DNA from: an uncultured Gammaproteobacteria bacterium | Lineage (GTDB): Bacteria; Patescibacteriota; Microgenomatia; UBA1406 | Assembly: GCA_964358525.1 (NCBI GenBank) | Contig: CAYHPU010000003.1 | Location: 1-36,591 of the forward strand | DNA: 36,591 nucleotides | Direction: 5' to 3' | Part shown: piece after piece, positions 1-9,184 of the stretch | How positions within the stretch are numbered: the first letter of the stretch is position 1 | Layout: every line of letters starts with the position of its first letter | The notes under the pieces: generated by a model | The model's input: only the letters and a program-made list of their open reading frames with translations | Database searches by the model: none | What the model was told of the DNA's origin: nothing | Program-made: the position numbers and the translations under genes

Positions 1-97
1 AAATATCGGCCATGGTGTACGCGTCGAAAACTGTCTCAAGTATACGTTCCGCCCCTCCCCATTTATCTATCCAATCGTAGACAATTGCGAGTTTCAT
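1..97 (-). CDS. GT4-family glycosyltransferase, N-terminal part (runs off window start)
   Basis: Manual translation from ATG 97: MKLAIVYDWIDKWGGAERILETVFDAY..., a typical GT4 N-terminal 'DW...GGAE' motif; same strand as neighbouring GTs. Confidence 0.8.
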   Translation of the reverse strand, partial: MKLAIVYDWIDKWGGAERILETVFDAYTMADI

Positions 98-107
98 AGT
101 ATGCACA

Positions 108-210
108 TGGGTAATGGCTATGGTTAGGCAATTAGTAGGTCATTGGGTTAGGGGCAAGGCTACAAACCTTATAACCTTGCCTTATGCCCTACCAACTGCC
201 TTACCTTTAC
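108..210. repeat. Imperfect inverted repeat of the CCAACTGCCTTACC family
   Basis: CCAACTGCCTTACC at 192-205, 2626-2639 and 35905-35918; G-rich left arm and C-rich right arm. Confidence 0.6.
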
Positions 211-211
211 C

Positions 212-1348
212 TTAACCTTTTTCAACTTCTAATTTTTTATATATTTCTAGTGTTTGCGAGACCATTTTCTCAAACGAAAATTTTTTGAAATAGTCTAACC
301 CCTCCTGGCCTCCCCTATTAGGGGAGGGTTGGGTGGGGTTCTTTTCAATTTCGAATGTCTGCAATTTTTCTATCAATTCCTTCTCGTTTGCATTACTAAA
401 GAAAATTGCACTCTCCGGTGCCACCTCCCTAAAAGCCGGTATGTCTGATAAAAGCAGCGGCGTCCCACAATAAGCCGCCTCAACTACCGGAAGCCCGAAC
501 CCTTCGGCACGAGAAGGAAGTATAAGAGCGACCGTTTTTTGATACAAGTACTTCAGCAAATTGTCTTTAACTTCATGCAAAAACACAATTTTTTTATCCA
601 CACCTTTCTTATACGCATACGCTTTTACTCGTTTTGTAAACAAGTCATCAGGAGTAACACACACCAACTGCGAATTTATTTTACTCTCGGCAAAGGCGTC
701 AATTAAGAATTCTACATTTTTGTGCGGATAACAATTCCCCACATAGAGAAAAAAGGTAGTATCGATAAGTAATGGAAACAGCCCCTCAAATGATTCAGCG
801 GCCATAAATGATTTGTCCACTCCTTCATTCGTAACAACGATTTTGTCAGACGAGAGCGATGGAAATGTTTGTAACACATCGTCTTTCACCGATTGAAGTG
901 GAACAATTATTTTTTGAGATGCATAAATAGCATGATGTAATACTTTCTGATATCCCCATTTTTTTGCTTCATAAAGTAGGGGATTGAGGGTTGTTGCTTT
1001 ACCCGTTTGATGATGAAGAAGCGTGAGATCATGAATGGTCACCACAAATGGTTTGTTATAAAGAACGGGGTGGGAAAAATACGGAAAATGTACTAAATCA
1101 AACCCTCCCTGTTCTAGTTCCTGCCAAAAAACAAACTGTTCAGACAATGAGAGAAATTTTGAATTTTAAACCAGGAATTTTAAATTTACTGCTTGTTTGT
1201 GATTTGTTATTTGTGATTTGTGATTTTGGGTACCAAAGATCGTATACTCTGTCTCTTTATCCAGCAAATTAAGATAAGTTATCAGATTTCTGATATAACG
1301 CCCAACGCCACCTTCACTCCATAACCTACAGTCAATTGCTATTTTCAT
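212..1348 (-). pseudogene. GT4-family glycosyltransferase split by one in-frame TAA (1166-1168)
   Basis: ORFs 1166..1348 (MKIAIDCR...GVGRY) and 212..1147 (VTIHDL, PHKN, EGFGLPVVEA) are in the same frame, separated only by TAA + 6 codons; the break lies in a heptad-repeat-like stretch. Confidence 0.75.
297..340. repeat. REP-like palindrome (CTCCCCTATTAGGGGAG core) inside GT4 CDS
   Basis: Similar to intergenic elements at 3311-3367, 4678-4720 and 36538-36591; encodes NPTQPSPNRGGQEG in frame. Confidence 0.75.
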
Positions 1349-1358
1349 AATGTTCTTG

Positions 1359-1420
1359 TGTCATCCCCACGCCCGCCTGCATTGCCTTGCAAAGCATGGC
1401 TGGCAGGAAGGCGGGGATCT
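1359..1420. repeat. TGTC-tagged REP (TGTCATCCCCRCG...AAGGCGGGGATC) with nested insert
   Basis: Second copy at 23566-23612 with a different inner hairpin. Confidence 0.8.
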
Positions 1421-1440
1421 ATTTTTATAAAATTTGATTA

Positions 1441-1550
1441 TTTATATGCGGCGAGCATGTGTATTTGCGAAGCGTGGTGGATGTCTGAGTAGCAACAAGC
1501 CAGATGTCCGAGTTCACCGCGCGAGCAAATATACTGCAAGCCGTAAATAA
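1441..1550. repeat. ~110-nt long imperfect hairpin between two GT genes
   Basis: TGCGGC/GCCGTA, GTGTATTTGC/GCAAATATAC and TGGTGGA/TTCACCG arms pair. Confidence 0.55.
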
Positions 1551-2492
1551 TTATGCTCTAATCTTACTTAATAATAGTATTCCTAATTTTATAACTCCAT
1601 AAATAAATGGATGATATTTTTCCTTGTAGTGCTTATCGTAAAACAACTGCATTGTGGAAAAAAAGTGTTTCCGCGTCTCTCTTCGTACTTTGTCATCCTT
1701 CGTTGCTAGCCCGCTCTGGTGTTTAATATGGTACGCCGTAAACTTTGGGTAATACCAAATAGAATATCCCATTTCTTTAATCCGATAGCACAAATCTATA
1801 TCTTCTCCATACATAAAATAATCTTCATCAAATCCATCAATAGATTTTAGGATGTCAGTCTTCACCAAAAAGAATGCCGCATTTGGACAATCAATTTCGT
1901 GAACAGAAGTCATATCTTTACTTGTAAGATGGTATCCGCCAAAAAGAGAAGATAGTTTTTCTAGACCGGTAAAATAACAGAATGCATTCCATGGAGTAGG
2001 AAAGCCACGATGGTTTGCCGGATCTCGCGTCCCGTCAGATAATTTGAGTTCTACTGTCAATGCGGCCTTAGGGATCGTCCGTCGACCATTTGTTGATTTA
2101 TCGATGGCTACGATCCCTTGTGCCACATCTTCATCTGAAATAGATGTTATATTATAATTAGATGTGGCCCGTTTCTCGTCTTTTTCAAGAAAAGAAATTA
2201 ATTCCTGGAAATCAATTTTGTCTTTTAGTAGTACGTCAGAGTTTAAAAGCAGCGTATATTTCCCCGTTGCGAGTCTGAGCCCCATATTATTTCCTTTTCC
2301 AAACCCGACGTTTTCTTTCAAATAGATTGTCTTTATAGTATTTTGTGTTTGCAACCACTCAACCGACCCGTCAGTTGAAGCGTTATCTACAACAAGAATC
2401 TCTACGCCCTCTTTAAGTTGCCCCTGAAGTAAGCCTAAACATTCCTTAAGTAATGGAAGCGTATTAAACGACAAAACTATCACCGAAATCAT
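1551..2492 (-). CDS. GT2-family glycosyltransferase (WbbL/rhamnosyltransferase-like) with ~33-aa palindrome-derived insertion
   Basis: ISVIVLSFN, VVDNASTDGS, LLLNSD, GFDEDYFMYGEDIDLC motifs. Confidence 0.9.
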   Translation of the reverse strand: MISVIVLSFNTLPLLKECLGLLQGQLKEGVEILVVDNASTDGSVEWLQTQNTIKTIYLKENVGFGKGNNMGLRLATGKYTLLLNSDVLLKDKIDFQELISFLEKDEKRATSNYNITSISDEDVAQGIVAIDKSTNGRRTIPKAALTVELKLSDGTRDPANHRGFPTPWNAFCYFTGLEKLSSLFGGYHLTSKDMTSVHEIDCPNAAFFLVKTDILKSIDGFDEDYFMYGEDIDLCYRIKEMGYSIWYYPKFTAYHIKHQSGLATKDDKVRRETRKHFFSTMQLFYDKHYKEKYHPFIYGVIKLGILLLSKIRA

Positions 2493-2563
2493 ATACCTAT
2501 TGTATCAAAGGAGAATATGTATCTATTCTAACTACTAACTAGTAACTACTAGCTACTAATCCA

Positions 2564-2592
2564 TTGACAACTGAACGATCGTTCACTATACT
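2564..2592 (+). promoter_or_regulatory. Sigma70 promoter with SOS-box-like operator in the spacer
   Basis: TTGACA(2564-69)-17 nt-TATACT(2587-92); perfect palindrome TGAACGATCGTTCA (GAAC-N4-GTTC) at 2572-2585. Confidence 0.85.
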
Positions 2593-2660
2593 AAAAAAGT
2601 CATTGGGCAAGGGTTAAGCAGTTGGCCAACTGCCTTACCCTAACCCTTACCTGTCTAAAT

Positions 2661-3239
2661 ATGAAACAACCTTTTATCGATAAACTCTCCAGCCTCAAAC
2701 AGTTCTTCCACACCTACAAGCGCCTACCTAGTTACCGCGAACTACAAACCCTTTGGCACGTGAAATCTAAAAACGCGGTGTTTCAGGCAATGCAGCTATT
2801 GGTAAGCGAAGGATATGTGGTGAAAGACTATATGGGCAAATTTTCTCCAACCAATAAATTAACGGCGCTTACTTTGTATGGAAACATCCCCGCTGGCTTT
2901 CCACTCCCAACCCCCCACGACACCGCGGAGACAATGTCACTCGATTCGTACTTAATTGAAAAACCAAATGCAACGTTTTTACTTAAAGTAAGCGGAGATT
3001 CATTAAAAGATGTAGGAATTATGACCGGAGATTTGGCTATTATCGAAAAAACAGAGCGCGCAAACGTAGGACAAATTATCTTGGCGTGTATAGATAATGA
3101 ATGGACGTTAAAAATTCTTGAAAAACAAAACGGCCGCTATATTCTTATGGCGGCAAATTCCGCCTATCCTCCCTTTATTCCAAAAACAGACTTAAAAATT
3201 TATGGAATTTTAAAAGGAGTGATACGAAAATACCAGTAA
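2661..3239 (+). CDS. lexA: LexA-family repressor/S24 peptidase with UmuD-like C-terminal domain
   Basis: N-terminal HTH (LPSYREL...KSKNAV), cleavage site AGFP, catalytic GDS and TLK; ATG 2661 preferred over TTG 2622, which lies in a repeat. Confidence 0.8.
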   Translation: MKQPFIDKLSSLKQFFHTYKRLPSYRELQTLWHVKSKNAVFQAMQLLVSEGYVVKDYMGKFSPTNKLTALTLYGNIPAGFPLPTPHDTAETMSLDSYLIEKPNATFLLKVSGDSLKDVGIMTGDLAIIEKTERANVGQIILACIDNEWTLKILEKQNGRYILMAANSAYPPFIPKTDLKIYGILKGVIRKYQ

Positions 3240-3246
3240 CTTATTT

Positions 3247-3425
3247 AAAAATTCGAAGCACGAAACTCGAATTTCGAAACAAATTAATACAAATTCGAAA
3301 TAATAAATAAACCCCACCTCACCTCCCCTATCCGCCAGCTGGCGGAGGGGAGGATTAAGGAGGGGTAAATTTATGATTTAATGCTTAGGATTTGTTTCGG
3401 ATTTCGATATTCGGATTTCGGATTT
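3247..3425. repeat. Composite intergenic element: heptad-repeat inverted arms enclosing a REP that holds TCCGCCAGCTGGCGGA
   Basis: Left arm AAATTCGAAGCACGAAACTCGAATTTCGAAACAAAT; right arm ATTTGTTTCGGATTTCGATATTCGGATTTCGGATTT; inner palindrome 3331-3346. Confidence 0.8.
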
Positions 3426-3431
3426 ATTATT

Positions 3432-4673
3432 ATGACAATCTATGAAATCGACTGGCCTCGTGCCATCTTACATTTAGACGCCAACGCTTTTTTTGCCTCT
3501 GTTTTTCAGGCAGTAAACCCAAAGCTGAAAGGTAAACCCGTCGTTGTTGGCGCAGAGCGGGGTATTGCAACAGCGATATCTTACGAAGCCCGCAAGTTCG
3601 GTGTAACGCGTGGTATGCGAATGTTTGAAATAAAAAATTTGTGTCCGCAGTGCATTATTATGGAAGGAGACTACGAACTTTTTGCACTGTTTTCTTCCCG
3701 CATGTTTTCTATCCTTCGGCAATACACACCGGTCGTCGATGAATATTCGGTTGACGAATGCTTCGGAGATTTACTCGAGCTGTATAAATTTAAAGATGAA
3801 AATTATCAGCAGATAGGTGCACGTATTCAAAATCAGGTGCAAAATGAACTTGGTATTCCTGTTTCAATTGGCATATCAGTTACTAAAACACTTGCAAAAC
3901 TGGCGTCCGAAAGTAAAAAACCCTCAGGGCTTACGGTTGTTTCTATGGTCGACCGAGATGTTTTTTTAAAAACAATTCCCGTAGAAGACGTGTGGGGAAT
4001 AGGGCCGGCAACAACCACTCTTCTTAAGCGCCACGGCATTAAAACCGCACATAGCCTTGCATCCATCCGTTCGCCAAGTAGCCTACCTAAAGGTAGGCTA
4101 CTTAATAAGAATCACCTAGAAATCATACAAGAACTCAACGGAAATCTCGTCTACCCCCTCAATCCCAACGCAAAAACAGACTATAAATCTATGAGCTCGG
4201 TACGAACATTCCATCCCCCAACGAATGATCGGCAGGAATTGTGGTCCCGCTTGCGAGAAAATATTGAGGATGTTTTTGCCAAGGCACGGAACTACAACTA
4301 TAAAGTTAAGCGAATTTCAATCTTCCTAAAAACTCAAACCATGCAGTATTTTAACATCGATGTGAACTTTACTGAACCTTTAGAATATCCTCTTTCAAAA
4401 ATTGAGGATATTAAAAATGCTTTTTTATCTATTTATAATTCGGAATATGATTACCGTGCAACGGGTGCGACTATTTCAAATCTTGTCGAACCATACAACA
4501 CGCAGGTCTCTCTTTTCGAATCTGAAAGTAAACAAAGGAATAGTAAAGTTGAAAAAGTCTACAACGCACTAAAGGGGAATAAAATCTCTTTCGGCACCTC
4601 GCTTTGGAATAAAAAAGGAAAACAAGAAAAAAGTCTCCCCACCTTCTCCCTCCCGATTTTGAATGTTAAGTGA
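3432..4673 (+). CDS. dinB: Y-family DNA polymerase (DinB/UmuC-like)
   Basis: ILHLDANAFFAS, SYEARKFGV, YSVDECF, SVTKTLAKLAS, DVWGIG motifs; ATG 3432 (upstream extension is repeat-derived). Confidence 0.9.
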   Translation: MTIYEIDWPRAILHLDANAFFASVFQAVNPKLKGKPVVVGAERGIATAISYEARKFGVTRGMRMFEIKNLCPQCIIMEGDYELFALFSSRMFSILRQYTPVVDEYSVDECFGDLLELYKFKDENYQQIGARIQNQVQNELGIPVSIGISVTKTLAKLASESKKPSGLTVVSMVDRDVFLKTIPVEDVWGIGPATTTLLKRHGIKTAHSLASIRSPSSLPKGRLLNKNHLEIIQELNGNLVYPLNPNAKTDYKSMSSVRTFHPPTNDRQELWSRLRENIEDVFAKARNYNYKVKRISIFLKTQTMQYFNIDVNFTEPLEYPLSKIEDIKNAFLSIYNSEYDYRATGATISNLVEPYNTQVSLFESESKQRNSKVEKVYNALKGNKISFGTSLWNKKGKQEKSLPTFSLPILNVK

Positions 4674-4677
4674 ATTT

Positions 4678-4803
4678 AACCCCTCCCAACCTCCCCTCCG
4701 CCAGCTGGCGGATAGGGGAGCCTGCCCGCAACGCTTCGCGTAGCGAGGCGGGCGGGGCGCAGGTGGGGTTTGTTTCGAAATTCGGATTTCGTACTTCGGA
4801 TTT
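4678..4803. repeat. Composite REP cluster with nested palindromes
   Basis: TCCGCCAGCTGGCGGA 4697-4712; CCCGCAACGCTTCGCGTAGCGAGGCGGG ~4725-4752; heptad arm 4768-4803. Confidence 0.8.
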
Positions 4804-4819
4804 GTATATAATACACTCC

Positions 4820-6517
4820 ATGCGCTATTCAAAGCTTTTCGGCAAAACAGTCAAAAATGCACCAGCAGACGTAAGTACTGTTTCACAAAAATTATTGCAC
4901 CAGGCTGGTTATATTCGCGAGTCTACCTCTGGTCGCTATTTCTTTTTGCCACTTGGCATGAAAGTACAACAAAACATAATGAAAATCGTTAAGGAAGAAA
5001 TGGACAAAACGGGCGCGCAAGAAATGGTCTCGCCAATTCTGCATCCTTTAGAACTGTGGAAAGAAACAAACCGAACCAACACGACTGGATTTGAATTAAT
5101 GAAAATCACTGATCGGAGAGATTTTGAATTTGCCCTAGGCGGTACCGCAGAGGAAATGTTTGTAGATGTTATCCGCAAGTTTCAGATTAGTTACAAAGAC
5201 TTACCAATAAATATCTACCAATTCTCAAATAAGTTCAGAGACGAAATGCGTGCACGCGGTGGACTTCTGCGGGTACGCGAATTTATTATGAAAGACGCGT
5301 ATTCGTTCGACACCGATGAGGTGTCGTTTAAAAAAACCTACCAAGAAATGTGGAAGACGTATCAAACTATTTTTGAACGTATTGGTCTTACAACTATTCC
5401 AGTTGAAGCAGATAACGGGTACATTGGGGGAGAGTATTGCCATGAGTTCGATGTGCTGTGTGACATTGGAGAAAGCAGATTTTTGACGACAGGGGACGGT
5501 TCCTATGCTGCGCACGAAGATGTTGCAAAGTTCGGTCGAGGACTTGTAAACAAAGACGAAAAAGAAAGACCAATGAAAATAGTAGAACAACCAACGTGGG
5601 TAAAAACCATGGAGGATAATCTGAAACACTACAAATTACCAAAGTCTCATTTCTTAAAAAATGTTGTATATAAAAACCGAACTAATAAAGAAATAGTTAT
5701 TGCAGTAATTCGAGGAGATCTTGACGTAAATAAAACCAAACTAGAGCATGCACTGAGTGCTGTAGGACAACTAGAAGACGCGAAAGTTTCGGATCTAACT
5801 TCAATCGGAACCAAGCCTGGTTATGTACATTCGTGGGGACATAAAAAAGCTCACTACATTGGTGACATTTCACTCACGACAGTAAAGAATTTTATAGGTG
5901 GGCAAAAAGAAGACAAAACAGACTCTATAGATGTAAATTACGGAAGGGATTTCACTTGTGAAAAACTTGCAGATATTGCCATGGCACAAGACGGGTACAT
6001 AGCAGAAAATGGAAAACCGTTGATTGAGAAAAAAGGAATTGAAGTTGGAAATATTTTCCAACTCGGGTACCACTATACCAATCTCATGAAGAACGCAGTA
6101 TTCACCGACAAAGATGGAATTGAAAAAAAATATTATATGGGGTGCTATGGCATCGGTATTGGCCGTACTATGGCAACGCTCGTTGAGGTTTCGCACGACG
6201 AGAAGGGGATTATTTGGCCTGAAAGTGTTGCGCCATACAAAGTGCATCTTGTAGGAATTGATCTTCAAGACTCTAACGTCTTAAGTCTAACGTCTAGTGT
6301 CTACAAGACGCTAATCAATAACAATATAGAAGTCTTGTACGACGATCGAGAAGATGTTAGGCCAGGTGAAAAGTTTGCTGACGCCGATCTTTTAGGAATG
6401 CCATACCGAGTAGTTGTTTCCAAACGCACAGGAGAAAAGGTAGAGCTTAAAAAGCGTACCGAAAAAGAAACGAAATTAATATCACTAGAAGAACTTGTAG
6501 TAGCAATGTCATCCTGA
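4820..6517 (+). CDS. proS: Proline--tRNA ligase (bacterial type with editing insertion)
   Basis: MRYSKLF start, KFRDEMRARGGLLRVREFIMKDAYSF, GIEVGNIFQLG, MGCYGIGIGR, GEKFADADLLG; TATAAT just upstream of ATG 4820. Confidence 0.97.
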   Translation: MRYSKLFGKTVKNAPADVSTVSQKLLHQAGYIRESTSGRYFFLPLGMKVQQNIMKIVKEEMDKTGAQEMVSPILHPLELWKETNRTNTTGFELMKITDRRDFEFALGGTAEEMFVDVIRKFQISYKDLPINIYQFSNKFRDEMRARGGLLRVREFIMKDAYSFDTDEVSFKKTYQEMWKTYQTIFERIGLTTIPVEADNGYIGGEYCHEFDVLCDIGESRFLTTGDGSYAAHEDVAKFGRGLVNKDEKERPMKIVEQPTWVKTMEDNLKHYKLPKSHFLKNVVYKNRTNKEIVIAVIRGDLDVNKTKLEHALSAVGQLEDAKVSDLTSIGTKPGYVHSWGHKKAHYIGDISLTTVKNFIGGQKEDKTDSIDVNYGRDFTCEKLADIAMAQDGYIAENGKPLIEKKGIEVGNIFQLGYHYTNLMKNAVFTDKDGIEKKYYMGCYGIGIGRTMATLVEVSHDEKGIIWPESVAPYKVHLVGIDLQDSNVLSLTSSVYKTLINNNIEVLYDDREDVRPGEKFADADLLGMPYRVVVSKRTGEKVELKKRTEKETKLISLEELVVAMSS

Positions 6518-6565
6518 GTTCCCTTTGTAATCAAAGCGGACGAAGGATCCTACAATATATGAAAT

Positions 6566-8251
6566 ATGAAATCTAGAATCTTTCACCTAATATTCAGTAT
6601 TTTGTTTACCGTTTCATGTTTCATGTTTACTACCTCTTCTGTTCGCGCCGAAGCCATAAACAATTTCGACTCCAAAATTACCATCAACAAAGATGGCTCC
6701 ATAAAAGTAGAAGAAACAATAACGTATGATTTTGGAGATCTTGAAAAACATGGAATTTACCGCACTATCCCGTATATAAAAACAAATGCAAAAGGAAAAA
6801 AATTCAAACTAGATATTTCACTACTTTCAATAACCGATGAAAATAGGAAAAGTTACAACTACACCACGCTTTATGTAAACAATGGTGTGCAATATAAAAT
6901 CGGAAGTAAATACACGACCCTTTCTGGTATCCACACTTATATTATTTCGTACGAAGTTAAAGGGGCACTAACCTATTTCAAAGATCATGATGAGCTGTAC
7001 TGGAATGCGACGGGTAACGAATGGCCCGTGCCGATTCAAGAATCTATTACCATGCTTACCTTTCCAACCGAAGTTCCTTATGACAGTGTAAAAACAGTCT
7101 GCTATACCGGAGCCGCAGGAAGTTCCGCAAAAAACTGCATTACCGACAAAACCCTTGTCACCCTAACCTCCCCCCTCAATTCCTACGAAGGTATTACGTT
7201 TGCTGCGTCTTTTCCGCCGGGTATTGTTGCAAAACTAGAACCAAAACCATATGTTTCTTTTTGGGATACAGCGCTTGGCCAAGTTCTTATAGTTCTTATT
7301 GCAATAGTTGCTATTTGTGCCGCAATCTTTTGGTACATTATCTATCCTATATGGCTTCCGGTTAAATGGTTTTTGCATGGGAGAGATCCAAATGTGGGAA
7401 ATTCGGCAACCGCATGGTTTGACCCGCCACAGACAAAAACTAAACGCCCCCTTACCCCTGCAGAAACCGGAACGCTTGTTGACGAGAAGGCAGACATCAG
7501 AGATGTCATGGCAACAATTATTGATCTCGCATATCGTGGCTATTTAAAAATAGAGGAACGGAAAAAAGATGATTTCTACATTATTCGTGATCGACGAAAT
7601 AAGAAAAATGAAACCCTGCAACTTTTTGAGATACAAATTCTTCAGGATTTTTTTGAGGACGACCCTTTTGAACTTCGCATAAAAGGAGCAGAGCTATATA
7701 AAACGGTAAAAGAAGTACAAGATTTGTTGTACGAAAGCGTGGTAAGAGAACAGTTCTTTCCCAAAAATCCTCAATCTATTCGTAATTTCTATTTAGTGGT
7801 TATCTCGCTCGCCGTGTTTACACTAAATCCGCAGCTTGTACTTGTCTCCCTGCTTTTTGGGCTTAATATGGCGCGTAAAACTTTGGACGGTGCAAAAGCT
7901 GCAAAAGTAGCGGAAGCACTGAAAAACTTTCTGAAGAGTCAAGATAGGCAGCTTAATTACCAAGGTGAAAAACAATTATTGTTTGAAAAACTATTGCCGT
8001 ATGCGGTTGCGTTTGGAGTAGAAAAGAATTGGGCAGAGCGGTTTAAAGATTTTAAATTAACGAATCCCGAATGGTATTCTTCATACGACAATCACTCTTT
8101 CACCGCAATGTACTTTGCCAGCCGACTTGGTTCGTCGTTTAACTCATTCTCGGGAAGCGCAACCCCACCGTCAAGTTCAGGTTTCTCGTCTGGCTCTTCT
8201 GGTGGCTTCTCCGGCGGCGGGGGAGGTGGCGGGGGAGGTGGAAGTTGGTAA
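6566..8251 (+). CDS. DUF2207-type membrane protein
   Basis: Signal peptide, ELYWNATG, ATIIDLAYRGYL, LPYAVAFG, Gly/Ser-rich tail ending GGGGGSW. Confidence 0.88.
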   Translation: MKSRIFHLIFSILFTVSCFMFTTSSVRAEAINNFDSKITINKDGSIKVEETITYDFGDLEKHGIYRTIPYIKTNAKGKKFKLDISLLSITDENRKSYNYTTLYVNNGVQYKIGSKYTTLSGIHTYIISYEVKGALTYFKDHDELYWNATGNEWPVPIQESITMLTFPTEVPYDSVKTVCYTGAAGSSAKNCITDKTLVTLTSPLNSYEGITFAASFPPGIVAKLEPKPYVSFWDTALGQVLIVLIAIVAICAAIFWYIIYPIWLPVKWFLHGRDPNVGNSATAWFDPPQTKTKRPLTPAETGTLVDEKADIRDVMATIIDLAYRGYLKIEERKKDDFYIIRDRRNKKNETLQLFEIQILQDFFEDDPFELRIKGAELYKTVKEVQDLLYESVVREQFFPKNPQSIRNFYLVVISLAVFTLNPQLVLVSLLFGLNMARKTLDGAKAAKVAEALKNFLKSQDRQLNYQGEKQLLFEKLLPYAVAFGVEKNWAERFKDFKLTNPEWYSSYDNHSFTAMYFASRLGSSFNSFSGSATPPSSSGFSSGSSGGFSGGGGGGGGGGSW

Positions 8252-8260
8252 ACCAGAAAA

Positions 8261-8599
8261 TCAGTTCATCAATCTCTCTATTTCTTTTCTTACCCATTCG
8301 CTGTCGTTAGCGTTTTTGCCAATATAACAATAATCAACTCTTTGTCTACTCTGATCCAGAAAAACCAAATCCAAAATCAAAACCGGCTCAATTGTCCTCC
8401 CTTCTAGTACAAATCTTCGAGACATGCAAGACTCAAAGAGTCCGCGAAATGTATGCCCCGCTGCCTTCGCCTCTGTAACAAGCTCATCTAGAGAATCATA
8501 AACCCCAACCACTACCTTATCATCACCAACGTGTTCTTTTAACTCATCGTCCACTAATAATGTCAAGACCCTAGGATTTATTGTTTCAACCATTTCCAT
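8261..8599 (-). CDS. Hypothetical protein
   Basis: 112-aa ORF filling the gap; TAGAAT next to the start. Confidence 0.55.
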   Translation of the reverse strand: MEMVETINPRVLTLLVDDELKEHVGDDKVVVGVYDSLDELVTEAKAAGHTFRGLFESCMSRRFVLEGRTIEPVLILDLVFLDQSRQRVDYCYIGKNANDSEWVRKEIERLMN

Positions 8600-8649
8600 A
8601 TTCTACCAGGTGGCTCTTGGATAATTGATTCCGGTGTTATACTTTTTCC

Positions 8650-9111
8650 ATGGCAATCTCTTTTGTAGCAATTCCCGATATTCCAAGCCTAAAGAAAATA
8701 AAGCCTTCATTAGATGATCTAACCATTAAAAATAGATTAAAACTTCAAGAAAATGGCACAGCTGTATTCCTTATTTTGCGAGATAAAGACGATCCTATCG
8801 GCTTTGTATTTCTCAAATGGAACGGCAAACCAACACATCCCGAGTATCCAGACATGGAAGACCTGTATATTAGAGAAGACATGAGGGGAAAAGGATATGG
8901 AACAAAGTTGATAGACGAGTGCGAACAGCGAGCAAAAGAAAAGGGTTTTAAAAAAATTGGTCTCGCCGTAAACCCAACAGAAAATTTAATTGCAAAAAAA
9001 CTTTACGAAAAGTTGGGATATATTCATGACGGCAAAAAATCATACGTCGATGGGGTTTATAATGGAGTAGAGGACATCGCCACCGACCTCGAAAAAAGAT
9101 TAAAATTGTAG
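8650..9111 (+). CDS. GNAT-family N-acetyltransferase
   Basis: LYIREDMRGKGYGTKL, AKKLYEKLGY; its TAG stop is supplied by a GTAG-REP. Confidence 0.9.
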   Translation: MAISFVAIPDIPSLKKIKPSLDDLTIKNRLKLQENGTAVFLILRDKDDPIGFVFLKWNGKPTHPEYPDMEDLYIREDMRGKGYGTKLIDECEQRAKEKGFKKIGLAVNPTENLIAKKLYEKLGYIHDGKKSYVDGVYNGVEDIATDLEKRLKL

Positions 9112-9184
9112 GGGCGAGGTTTCCTCGCCCGCACCTTGTCATTGCGAGCGAAGCCAAGTCAGACTTGGCGAAGCGTGGCAATCT
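9108..9184. repeat. GTAG-REP (9108-9130) plus TGTC-REP with nested hairpin (9137-9184)
   Basis: GTAGGGGCGAGGTTTCCTCGCCC; TGTCATTGCGAGCGAAGC[CAAGTCAGACTTG GCGAAGC]GTGGCAATCT. Confidence 0.8.

Noticed and set aside
1166-1168. Stop-codon reassignment explaining the in-frame stop
   Set aside because: TAA, TAG and TGA all terminate intact genes here (e.g. lexA TAA, GNAT TAG, proS TGA), so the standard code 11 applies.
4670-4819. 50-aa N-terminal extension of ProRS (and similar extensions at 2622, 3381, 16078, 26899, 31307, 34763)
   Set aside because: These are open frames through repeat or overlapping DNA. Conserved domains and -10 boxes point to the downstream ATGs.
8140-8251. GC-rich low-complexity tract
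   Set aside because: It is the normal Gly/Ser tail of DUF2207 proteins.
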